64,000 bases of DNA from Candidatus Multivoradales bacterium (GTDB lineage Bacteria > Acidobacteriota > Thermoanaerobaculia > Multivoradales > JAHEKO01): NCBI GenBank assembly GCA_965223855.1, contig CBDCXM010000009.1:2688001-2752000 (forward strand). The letters are read 5' to 3'. Made by a program: the position numbers and the translations under genes. Of this stretch, positions 46,980 to 56,059 are shown piece after piece. Every line of letters begins with the position of its first letter. The stretch's first letter is position 1. Below the pieces are notes generated by a model. The model was not told where the DNA came from and did not search any database. It saw only the letters and a list, made by a program, of their open reading frames with translations.

Positions 46980-47420
46980 ATGGCCAACAACAGCCAAACC
47001 AAGGAATTCGCCACTGACCTCAAGCAGTCGGCCCACAAGATCTGGCTCGCCGGCCTCGGTGCCGTCTCGGTTGCCGAGGAGGAGGGCTCGCGCTTCTTCA
47101 AGAATCTCGTCCAGAAGGGCGAGAAGTTCGAGAGCCGCCGGCGCAAGGACGTCGAGAAGGCGGTCGAGCGCGTGAAGGACGGCGTCGAGGAGGTCAAGGA
47201 GGGCGTCGAGAGCCGTTGGAATCGCCTCGGCGACTCGTTCGACCGCAAGGTCGGTCGCGCCATCGAGCGTCTCGGCGTGCCGAGCCGCGAGGAGATCCAC
47301 AAGCTGACCCAGAGAGTGGAGGACCTCACCCGCAAGCTCGAGTCGGCGCAGCCCAAGCGTTCGACCCGTAAGCCGGCAGCGCGCAAGACGGCCCGCAAGA
47401 CCGCTCGCAAGAGCGCCTGA
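46980..47420 (+). CDS. Phasin-like granule-associated protein (PhaF/PhaI type)
   Basis: KIWLAGLGA, FKNLVQKGE, LGVPSREEI..L..RVE.L, ARKT-repeat tail. Confidence 0.9.
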   Translation: MANNSQTKEFATDLKQSAHKIWLAGLGAVSVAEEEGSRFFKNLVQKGEKFESRRRKDVEKAVERVKDGVEEVKEGVESRWNRLGDSFDRKVGRAIERLGVPSREEIHKLTQRVEDLTRKLESAQPKRSTRKPAARKTARKTARKSA

Positions 47421-47434
47421 CGACCGGGCCGACC

Positions 47435-48652
47435 GTGACCGTCTCTTCCAGGCCCGCGGCGCCCAGGTCGACCGAGGTCGGCCTGGCGCTCGCCGGGGGG
47501 GGACCGCAGGGTGCGATCTACGAGATCGGTGCCCTGCGGGCTCTCGAAGAGGCGGTCGACGGTCTCGATCTGACCGACATCGGGGTCTACGTCGGGGTCA
47601 GCGCCGGCGCGTTCGTCGGCGCCAACCTCGCCAACGGGCTGACGACCGCGCAGATGTGCCGCGCGATCGTCAAGCAGGAGCCGGGCGAGCACCCCTTCGT
47701 GCCCTCGACCTTCTTCACGCTGGCGCGCAGGGAGTTCGGCAAGCGTCTGCGAAGCGTTCCCCGCCTGCTCGGGGATGCGTTCGACGAGCTTCGCCGCGGG
47801 CCGCTCGAAACTCCCGTCAGCGGTGTGCTGGCGCGGTTGGTCCGGGCGCTGCCGGTCGGTGTCTTCGACAACGAGCCGATCCGCCGCTACCTGGCCGAGA
47901 TCTACTCGATCAAGGGGCGCACCGACGACTTCCGCGAACTCGATGCCGAGCTCGTGATCATCGCCTCGGATCTCGATTCAGGCGCGATCGCGCGTTTCGG
48001 CGACCCGCCGCTCGACCATGTGCCGATCTCGAAGGCGGTCCAGGCCAGCGGCGCCCTGCCGGGGCTCTATCCGCCGGTCGAGATCGACGGCCGCCACTAC
48101 GTCGACGGCGTGCTCCGCAAGACCCTCCACGCCTCGATCGCGATCGATCGCGGTGCCGGGCTTCTGATCGGGCTCAACCCGCTGGTGCCGATCGATACCG
48201 CGCAGAGTGTCGAGCGCGGCATCATGCGCCGTGGCCGCCTGGTCGATCGCGGTCTCGTGTCCGTGCTTTCGCAGAGCCTGCGGACGCTGATCCACTCCCG
48301 CATGCAGGTCGGGCTCGACGCCTACGAGAAGCGCTACGGCGATACCGACCTCCTGCTGCTCGAGCCGTCGAGCGACGACTACAGGATGTTCTTCACCAAC
48401 ATCTTCAGCTTCTCGCAGCGCAAAGCGGTCTGTGAGCACGCCTACGCTTCGACCCGCCGGCAGCTGCTCGACCGTTTCGACGACTGGGCGCCGATGCTCG
48501 AACGGCACGGCCTGACACTCGACCGGGACGTGCTGGAGGCTCCCCTGACGCTGTGGGACGGCGTCGATCGTCCTCGCCGCGACACCAGGGCGGTCCTCGA
48601 CGAGCTCGGCACGGCGCTGGACCGGCTCGACGCACTGCTCGCCGACGGCTGA
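47435..48652 (+). CDS. Patatin-like phospholipase / possible granule depolymerase
   Basis: ALAGGG, GVSAG, ALPGLY.P, YVDG. Confidence 0.9.
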   Translation: MTVSSRPAAPRSTEVGLALAGGGPQGAIYEIGALRALEEAVDGLDLTDIGVYVGVSAGAFVGANLANGLTTAQMCRAIVKQEPGEHPFVPSTFFTLARREFGKRLRSVPRLLGDAFDELRRGPLETPVSGVLARLVRALPVGVFDNEPIRRYLAEIYSIKGRTDDFRELDAELVIIASDLDSGAIARFGDPPLDHVPISKAVQASGALPGLYPPVEIDGRHYVDGVLRKTLHASIAIDRGAGLLIGLNPLVPIDTAQSVERGIMRRGRLVDRGLVSVLSQSLRTLIHSRMQVGLDAYEKRYGDTDLLLLEPSSDDYRMFFTNIFSFSQRKAVCEHAYASTRRQLLDRFDDWAPMLERHGLTLDRDVLEAPLTLWDGVDRPRRDTRAVLDELGTALDRLDALLADG

Positions 48653-48968
48653 GCACCGTCGGAAGGTCCGGGACCGAAGGTCTCGCGGCTACTCGGAGCC
48701 CGGCCTCCTCAGCCATCGCCCTGAAGCCGGAGCCCCTGAGCCGGAGCGCGCGGCTGCCCTTCCAGGCAAGGAGGGATCTCGCCTCGCCTGTGCCACTTCC
48801 CGGGCGCTACGCGCCGGCACAACCCGGGGGTCGGACACGCAGACCGCGCTTGCGTCCGAAGGCTCCTTTCCCCTACCTGAAGCCCTTCGCTCCGACCGTC
48901 GGAGAACCCGATCGGTCTCCCGTGACCGGAACTCCCGGCTGCGCTCGAAGCCTGCTCCGCGTCAGGGA

Positions 48969-50177
48969 CTACTCGCCGTCGGAACGCCGGCGCATCGCCT
49001 CGGCGGCCGGCATCGGCGGGCCGTCGAGGTGCCAGTGGAAGCTCCCTTCACGATGCCGTCTCTCGGCTTGCGAGAGTCCCCGGAAACCGTACGGCGGTTT
49101 GCGCCATCGCCGGGCCATCGAGATCAGGAGCCAACCACCCGGCAGGTAGTAGAGCAGCAGATCCCAGTCGCGCAGCCAGGCGAAGAGGCGATTGCGCGCC
49201 GCCGGTCGTTGGCGGTCTCGATCGTGGCTCACGAAGCTCCACACCCATCCCCACGGAAGGCTGCGATGGAGCCGACGCTTCTTCGTGGCATGGGACAGCT
49301 TCCGGCGCAGCAGGCGCCCCTGGTAGGGGCGCCGGCCGTAGCGCTCGACGTAGCGGTCGAGCTCGCTCTGCATCCGGCCCCGGACCTGCTCGGCCGCGGC
49401 GCGTGCTTCCTCGAGAGTCGGCGAGGCCGGCTCCTCGGCAAGTCCGCTACCGAGGACGGAGCGCACATCGATCGGCTCGCCGACGACGTAGATCATCCGA
49501 GCCGGCAGTGCGAGATACCACAGCCAGGGAAAGAGGATCGCCAGCGGCCCTGCGGGGAGGGGCAGGAAGGGCACCCGCGCCACCTTCTTGAGCAGTCGAT
49601 CGATCGGCCTCAAGGTGAAGTTGAAGGGGATCACCCACTCGGCGTTGATGGTGTAGATCGGCACCACCGGTGCATCGTGACGCGCCGCCTGGATGACGAA
49701 GCTGCTCGAGAAGCGTTGCAGCTGGTAGCGGCGCGCGAATCCCTTGCCGATCCCCGGCACCCCCTCCGGGTAGTAGAGCACTCGCTCGCCTCCGGCCAGC
49801 ACGTGATGGAAGTTGTCGAACGTCATGTCGATGCCGCCGCCGCGGCGCCAGAAGTCGTCGATCCCGAACGGCCGCATCCACCACGTAACCGAGAGCTCTT
49901 TCTCGAACACCGGGCGGCAGAGACGCTCGGGTTCGTAGTCGTCGGCGCGCCACAGCACGGCGTCGAGCGCCATCGCATCCCACGGGAAGGCGGTGCCGCT
50001 GTGGTTGCCGGCGAGAATCGCCGGGCCGCGATCGGGGAGACGGCGGCGGCCGATCAGTCGGGGTCGGAAGTAGTGGTCGAGGACCGCCGAGAAGCGGCGC
50101 TCGACGAGATCGCGCAGGTAGTCCGGGTCGAACGGCTCGTAGACGAGTTCGTGTTCGGGCTCGCGGCTCTCAGGCAT
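48969..50177 (-). CDS. LPLAT-family acyltransferase (MGAT/DGAT-like)
   Basis: GNHSG....WD, YPEGVPGIGK, PVVP motifs. Confidence 0.8.
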   Translation of the reverse strand: MPESREPEHELVYEPFDPDYLRDLVERRFSAVLDHYFRPRLIGRRRLPDRGPAILAGNHSGTAFPWDAMALDAVLWRADDYEPERLCRPVFEKELSVTWWMRPFGIDDFWRRGGGIDMTFDNFHHVLAGGERVLYYPEGVPGIGKGFARRYQLQRFSSSFVIQAARHDAPVVPIYTINAEWVIPFNFTLRPIDRLLKKVARVPFLPLPAGPLAILFPWLWYLALPARMIYVVGEPIDVRSVLGSGLAEEPASPTLEEARAAAEQVRGRMQSELDRYVERYGRRPYQGRLLRRKLSHATKKRRLHRSLPWGWVWSFVSHDRDRQRPAARNRLFAWLRDWDLLLYYLPGGWLLISMARRWRKPPYGFRGLSQAERRHREGSFHWHLDGPPMPAAEAMRRRSDGE

Positions 50178-51845
50178 TCACGAGCCCTTCCGCAGGGCGA
50201 TGACAAGCCCGGCGCCGAAGAGGGGAGCCCAGGCCCAGGCCGCACCGCCGGTCCCCAGGACGATCGCCCCGGCGACGAGGCAGAAGCCTCCCAGGATGGT
50301 GCTGCGGATGCCGGCGAACGGTGACGGCTGGCGGCGCCGCGTCGACTGCTCGAGTACCCGCAGGCCTTCGGTGACGAGCATCGGCGCCTTGACGAGCGCA
50401 TCGACCAGTTCCGGCGCCCCCCGCAGCCCTTCTCGGGCAAGTCGGAGCGGACTGAACTGCTGGAGGAAGAGCTGGTTGACGTGGCGGCGGGAGACCGCGG
50501 CGACGTCGAAGCCCGGCTTGAGCAGGTGCCCGACCCCCTCGAAGGTGACGATCGCCTTCACCATCAACACCATCTCGACCGGGAAGTACATCCGGAAGAT
50601 CCCCCCCTTGCCGACCGACTCGAGGATCAGCTGGCCGATCGAGAACTCCTCGAAGTTCGACGCCCGGTGCCAGCGCCGGCAGATCTCCTCGACGGCGCGG
50701 CGGAAGCCCTTGACGTCGCTGCCGGGGGCCGGCTCGGCGAGCGCGGCGAGGTAGCGGGCGGCGTTCTCGGCATCGCCCATCACGAGGCAGTAGTAGTAGT
50801 AGAGCAGCGTCCGCCGCAGTTCCTCGTCGAAGCGCCCCACCATGCCGAGGTCGATGAACCCCGCCTTGGGGCCCGGCAGGATCACGAGGTTGCCGGGATG
50901 GAGATCTGCGTGGAAGAAGCCGTCGCGGTAGAGCATGCGGATGATCGTGCCGGCGCCGACGTCGATGACGCGGTCGCGTTCCTCCTCGCTGAGCAGCGCC
51001 CGTGCCTCCTCGCCCGGCTGGACGCCGTCGAAGAACTCCATCACCAGCAGGCTCTCGGTGGTGTAGCGGCGGTCGATGTGCGGAAACACAGCGTCCGGCT
51101 CGTCCTTGAAGTTGGCGGCGAAGGTCTCTGCGTTGTCCGCCTCGAGGCGCAGATCGACTTCGCGCAGCGTGTAGTCGCAGAACTCGCGGATCACCCGCCG
51201 TGGTTGGAAGCGCTCGAGGAAGAGCTGGAGGAAGAAGCCGAGCGAACGCAGCAGGATGACGTCGCGTTTGATGACCTCGCGAATCCCCGGCTTGACGAGC
51301 TTGAGGATCACCGCGTCGCCGTCGCGGGTCGTCGCACGGTGGATCTGGCCGATCGACGCCGAACCGAGCGGCTCCTCGTCGATCACCTCGAAGACTTCGT
51401 CCCACGGCCCGCCGATCTCCTCCTCGACCAGTTCGAGGAAGCGCTCGTGGGAGACGGCCGGGAGACGGTCGAGCAGGTTCTTGAGCTCGTCGGTGATGTT
51501 GCGGGGCAGGAGGTCCTCCCGCAGGCTGAGGATCTGACCGAGCTTGATGTAGGTCGGGCCGAGCGTTTCGAGGCGCTTGCGCAGTTGCACCTCGAACGGG
51601 CGATCTCTGAGGTCGCGGTCGAGGAACGGACGGGTTACCGCCCGGAAGACGACCTGCAGCCGATAGAGGAAGCCGTGCCGCCGCTCGATCGGCCGCTGAT
51701 CGACCGCGGCGCCCAGCGCTCCGGCGAGGATGCCGGCAAGATGGCGGTGGCTGGTGAAGAAGCGTCGGATCAACCCCGGGGGGCGGCCTTCCACCAGCCT
51801 CTCGAAACGAGGCTCGGAGGTGGCGACGGGCGCCTTGGCGCTCAT
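50178..51845 (-). CDS. ABC1/AarF/UbiB atypical kinase
   Basis: LGPTYIKLGQ, SASIGQIH, FFHADLHPGN, IDLGMVG; two C-terminal TM segments. Confidence 0.93.
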   Translation of the reverse strand: MSAKAPVATSEPRFERLVEGRPPGLIRRFFTSHRHLAGILAGALGAAVDQRPIERRHGFLYRLQVVFRAVTRPFLDRDLRDRPFEVQLRKRLETLGPTYIKLGQILSLREDLLPRNITDELKNLLDRLPAVSHERFLELVEEEIGGPWDEVFEVIDEEPLGSASIGQIHRATTRDGDAVILKLVKPGIREVIKRDVILLRSLGFFLQLFLERFQPRRVIREFCDYTLREVDLRLEADNAETFAANFKDEPDAVFPHIDRRYTTESLLVMEFFDGVQPGEEARALLSEEERDRVIDVGAGTIIRMLYRDGFFHADLHPGNLVILPGPKAGFIDLGMVGRFDEELRRTLLYYYYCLVMGDAENAARYLAALAEPAPGSDVKGFRRAVEEICRRWHRASNFEEFSIGQLILESVGKGGIFRMYFPVEMVLMVKAIVTFEGVGHLLKPGFDVAAVSRRHVNQLFLQQFSPLRLAREGLRGAPELVDALVKAPMLVTEGLRVLEQSTRRRQPSPFAGIRSTILGGFCLVAGAIVLGTGGAAWAWAPLFGAGLVIALRKGS

Positions 51846-51888
51846 GCGCGGGCTCGGGCGGCGGAAAGGGGCATCGGCTCGTGCAAGC

Positions 51889-52073
51889 TTAGCCTGAACT
51901 TCTCACGCCAATGCACCCTGGAAGGCCGTATGTCGCTGAATCTACTTCGTTTTCCGGCCACTGCGCTCCTCGACGTAGCTATGGCTATGTCTCCGGTGCT
52001 CGCGGCCGGAAGCCTTGTATCTTCAGCAACCTACGGCCTTCCAGAGCACACCGGCGTGAGAAGTTTAGGCTAG
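51889..52073. mobile_element. 185-bp imperfect palindromic repeat, copy 2
   Basis: TAGCCTGAACTTCTCACGCC...GGCGTGAGAAGTTTAGGCTAG; aligns with 36261-36460 apart from substitutions and a net 15-bp shorter left arm. Confidence 0.88.
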
Positions 52074-52213
52074 TCGAGATCGACACGGCTCTGCGGCCGA
52101 CCGATGCCTCTTCGCCTTGTGAGTCGCCATGGCGGTTTGCTAAGTTCCCGCCGGTTCGAGGCGGTTCGAGACGAACCGGGGCGCTCAACGGCCCCCACCG
52201 CCACAACCTCGTC

Positions 52214-53524
52214 ATGGCCAACACCGTCGTCATCGGAATGCAGTTCGGGGACGAGGGGAAGGGCAAGGTCGTCGACCTGCTCTGCCCCGCCTTCGACGCC
52301 GTCGCGCGCTATCAGGGGGGCAACAACGCCGGACACACGGTCAAGTTCGGCGATCAGCACTTCGCCCTCCACCTGATTCCGTCCGGGATCCTCCACGAAG
52401 GATCACGGTGCCTCCTCGGCAACGGCATGGTGATCGACCCGGCGGCGTTCTTCCGTGAACTGGAGGGGTTGCAGCAGCAGGGGATTGCCACCGAGGGCCG
52501 CCTCTTCGTCTCCGATCGGGCGCATGCGCTCCTGCCGCACTACGGTCAACTCGATCGGCTGCGCGAGGCGGCGATGGGGAAGTCGTCGATCGGCACGACG
52601 GCACGCGGCATCGGCCCCGCCTACGAGATCAAGGCGGCGCGCTTCGGCCTGCGGCTCGGCGATCTGGTCGCGCGGGACCTGGAGGAGCGTCTCGACCTGC
52701 AGTTGCGCCGGCTCTTTCCGGAGCTCACGACGCTCGGCGCGCAGCCGCTGCCGGAGCTCGACGGTCTGGTGGAGCAGTGCCGCGAATGGGGCCTGCGACT
52801 GGAGCCCTATCTCGTCGACGGCAGCCTGTTCCTCGACGAGGCGATGAACGGCGACAAGGGGGTGCTGTTCGAGGGGGCGCAAGGAACGTTGCTCGACCTC
52901 GACCACGGCACGTATCCGTTCGTCACCAGCTCGAGCTCGACCGCCGGCGGGGCAGCCGTCGGTTGCGGTATCGCGCCGACCCGCCTCGATGGGGCGATCG
53001 GTGTGCTCAAGGCCTACACGACCCGGGTCGGCAAGGGACCGTTCCCGTCGGAGCTCGAGGACGAAGTCGGCGCCCTGCTGGGCGAGCGCGGCCACGAGTT
53101 CGGCACCACCACCGGCCGTCCCCGGCGCTGCGGTTGGCTCGACATCGTGGCGGCGCGCTACGCGCGGCGCATCAACGGTGTCGACACAGTCGCTCTCACC
53201 AAGCTCGACGTCCTCGACGGTCTCGACGAACTCAAGCTGTGCGTCGGCTACCGGATCGACGGTGAGCCGGTGAACGAGATGCCGGCGCGCACCGACGATC
53301 TGGCGCGCGCCGAGCCGGTGTACCACGCGATCCCGGGATGGCAGGGATCGACCGCCGGCGTCACCCGCTGGGAAGACCTTCCCGAGGAGGCGCGCCGCTA
53401 CGTCGAGGTGATCGAGACCGAGCTCGGTGTTCCGGTCGGCCTCGTCTCCACCGGCCCGAAGCGCGAGGAGACGATCGTTCGCAACGAGGCGAAGCTCGTC
53501 GAATTGACCAACGGGTCGCTCTGA
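52214..53524 (+). CDS. purA: Adenylosuccinate synthetase
   Basis: Q.GDEGKGK, GGNNAGHT, EGAQG, GTYPFVTSS, GTTTGRPRRCGW, TKLDVL. Confidence 0.98.
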   Translation: MANTVVIGMQFGDEGKGKVVDLLCPAFDAVARYQGGNNAGHTVKFGDQHFALHLIPSGILHEGSRCLLGNGMVIDPAAFFRELEGLQQQGIATEGRLFVSDRAHALLPHYGQLDRLREAAMGKSSIGTTARGIGPAYEIKAARFGLRLGDLVARDLEERLDLQLRRLFPELTTLGAQPLPELDGLVEQCREWGLRLEPYLVDGSLFLDEAMNGDKGVLFEGAQGTLLDLDHGTYPFVTSSSSTAGGAAVGCGIAPTRLDGAIGVLKAYTTRVGKGPFPSELEDEVGALLGERGHEFGTTTGRPRRCGWLDIVAARYARRINGVDTVALTKLDVLDGLDELKLCVGYRIDGEPVNEMPARTDDLARAEPVYHAIPGWQGSTAGVTRWEDLPEEARRYVEVIETELGVPVGLVSTGPKREETIVRNEAKLVELTNGSL

Positions 53525-53597
53525 CCGCAGGCGCGCGAGCGCCGTATACTGCCGCGCGTGCAGCCGACCGGTCGTTGCCGACCGACCTTCCCACAGC

Positions 53598-53673
53598 GGG
53601 CCCTTAGCTCAGTTGGTAGAGCAGCAGACTTTTAATCTGATGGTCGTAGGTTCGATCCCTACAGGGCCCACCA
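53598..53673 (+). tRNA. tRNA-Lys (anticodon UUU)
   Basis: 76-nt cloverleaf: GGGCCCT/AGGGCCC acceptor stem, GCTC/GAGC D stem, CTTTTAA loop, GTAGG-TTCGATC-CCTAC T arm, encoded CCA. Confidence 0.97.
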
Positions 53674-53859
53674 TCTCAGGTCTCCGCTCCAGCGTGTCGC
53701 CGAGGCCACCTGGAGTCCGGGCACTCAGCACTTCGGAATCGGCCAGGCGCGACCTGCGGATCTCGACGTAGTTGCACCGGAACGCGGATTGGAGACGTCG
53801 AGCCTAGTCCGGGCCGACGGTCTTGCGGTCCAAGGCTGCTGGTGTAGCGTTGACCGACC

Positions 53860-55731
53860 GTGAGTCCCAAGTGGGTAGACGACACGCACTACGTCATCGT
53901 GGTGCACGGCACGTGGAATGCCCCCGAGCCGGACCAGGTGAAGTGGTACGAGCCCGGCGGGAGCTTTTCGGACGAGCTGGCGAAGCAGTTGGCCGGCGGC
54001 GACCTGGAGGGTTCGGTCTGGCGAGGTCTGGGGGAGCGGGAGATCTCGTTCTGCTGGTCGGGAAGGAACAAGCACGAAGATCGTCTCGAAGGGGCAAAGC
54101 GACTTTGCGACCTGATGTTCAGGATCCGCAGCGAGGATCCGAGCGCGCGAATCCATCTCGTCTCGCACAGCCATGGCGGCAACGTAGTCCTCAAGGCGAT
54201 CGAGTATTACTTCAAGGCTCTCTCCGAGGAGGCCGAGGAGATCGGGCGAACCTACATCGAGCAGCTCGACGCCGCTGAAGACCTGCTGACAAGACACTCG
54301 AGTGCCCTGGACGAAGTCGAGGAGTCGCTGCCTCTCGCCGTGGCGGAGCACGTTCAGGGAGAACCGGAAGCGTTCCTCAGGGCGCGCAGAGCCGCCCTCG
54401 GTCTGGCAACCCACGAGGTGGCCGATGTAGTTCTGGGGTTCGTTCGCTCGACTGCGAGAGGCATCGGCCCATGGTTGGAACGGTTCGGCTTGCGCCGCTT
54501 CCGACTGGCCGGCTGGATCCGCGACGCTGGAGACCGGATCGCTATCCCCTGGTGCAGCTACTCCGACTCCCACCGGCTTGGGCGGCTGGTCTTCCTCGGT
54601 GTGCCGTTCCTCCAGAAGCGTTGGCGGGTGCATGACCTGTCGACCGCCCGGTTGCTCTCTCTCCTTGGGGGTGCGGTCTTCGGCGTCCTGCTGGCTGCCG
54701 CCGCTCTTCACTACGCACTCTTCGCGGTCGGAGCTCTGATTCACTCCTGGACGACAGCGGTGCCCTTCGCAGGGTGGCATCCATCGGAGTGGCCGGAGTG
54801 GCACTGGTGGCTTCTCCTGGCGATCTTCGCGCTCCTGTCGTCGATCATGCTCCTCGATCGGCTCCGGCTCGGACCGCCGCGTGCCGACGCGAACCACTAC
54901 TTCGACATCCTCAACAGCTCGATGAGCATCGATGGTCGCGCCACAGCACTGGAGAGTCTCGTGATCTCGGCTCGGCAGCTCGACGAAGCGCTTCTGGCGC
55001 TGTCAGCCGACCCCTTCGTGCACGCGAGAGTCCTGCCACTTCTCGACGAGCTGACACGGCCGAAGCCTCCACAGCGACCTCGTCGACGTGGTGGTCGAGG
55101 GGCGGGCGTCAGCAAGCTGGCCTCTTCCGAGTTCTTCCGCGAGATTGCGCGGCTGCCGCTTCTTCCTCTGCAGATCCTTGCAAGAGGGGTCGCCACGACG
55201 GGGTTGTTCCTGCTCCGGCCGGTGCTGGTACCTCTTCTGGGAAGCGCCTTCCAGCGAGTCGCTTCGGCCGCGGGCTCGGGGCTGCCGACCCACGAGATGT
55301 CGATGGCCTTCGTACAGGTCACCGAGGGGATCTGTGAGTCGAGGATTTTCAGGCCCGAGTGGGCTTGGGACGTTTCGCGGCGACTTTCCGGGATCGCCAT
55401 TACACGTCCCGGCGCGTCCGACGCGGGGAGCCGATTCGAGTTTCTTTGGGACGATGAGGCTCTCGCGACGAGGGCGGCGAGGTCCGACACCTGGAGCGGG
55501 CTGGAGGACCGGGTTCCTGACATCCTGGGGCGCTTCGCCGCGGAGGAGCGGCCGGAGGAGCTGAGACGCCTGATGAGGGTCTGCTTGATGCTCGAGGAGC
55601 GTGTACGAGAGCTCGGCGGCGCGGTCGAGCTGGCGCACTCGCAGTATTACGGAGACCCGGAGGTGGTCGCGGCCGTCGCTCGTTTTCTCGAGTCGGGGGA
55701 GACTCCGGCTGGAGTGGTGCAACGCGCCTGA
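53860..55731 (+). CDS. Hypothetical membrane-associated alpha/beta-hydrolase-fold protein
   Basis: VVHGTW, WSGRN, HLVSHSHGGNV elbow, LVFLGVPF, 2-3 hydrophobic segments, C-terminal AHSQYY. Confidence 0.7.
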   Translation: MSPKWVDDTHYVIVVHGTWNAPEPDQVKWYEPGGSFSDELAKQLAGGDLEGSVWRGLGEREISFCWSGRNKHEDRLEGAKRLCDLMFRIRSEDPSARIHLVSHSHGGNVVLKAIEYYFKALSEEAEEIGRTYIEQLDAAEDLLTRHSSALDEVEESLPLAVAEHVQGEPEAFLRARRAALGLATHEVADVVLGFVRSTARGIGPWLERFGLRRFRLAGWIRDAGDRIAIPWCSYSDSHRLGRLVFLGVPFLQKRWRVHDLSTARLLSLLGGAVFGVLLAAAALHYALFAVGALIHSWTTAVPFAGWHPSEWPEWHWWLLLAIFALLSSIMLLDRLRLGPPRADANHYFDILNSSMSIDGRATALESLVISARQLDEALLALSADPFVHARVLPLLDELTRPKPPQRPRRRGGRGAGVSKLASSEFFREIARLPLLPLQILARGVATTGLFLLRPVLVPLLGSAFQRVASAAGSGLPTHEMSMAFVQVTEGICESRIFRPEWAWDVSRRLSGIAITRPGASDAGSRFEFLWDDEALATRAARSDTWSGLEDRVPDILGRFAAEERPEELRRLMRVCLMLEERVRELGGAVELAHSQYYGDPEVVAAVARFLESGETPAGVVQRA

Positions 55732-56059
55732 CCGCCGCGCTGGTCAAGCCGAACGGGCGGGAGGCGACGACATCGCAGTCTAGTCGAGAGAGCCCGACCG
55801 GATGGCGCGGCCCGGTCGCCGAGTTCCCTCCCTTCCAGGGCAGTCAGCCTCCGAAATGGGAGCGGGAGGGAGCTGGGGTGCAGATGGGCCTATGGTCGAT
55901 CTCGAGTGGGTGCAAGAGCGCCCTGTGATACCCTCACATTTCACCAATTACAACTTGAGAATGTAGTTGCACTGGCGGAGGCCGGCGCGCATCGTCTGGC
56001 TCAGTTCCAGGACGAGCACGGCGTAGCGAAGAGTCTCGGCAGCCGAGGGGGAGGCTGGA

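Noticed and set aside
51911-52213. Extended purA N-terminus similar to ORF 36283-36483
   Set aside because: Both are translations of the palindromic repeat, not proteins.
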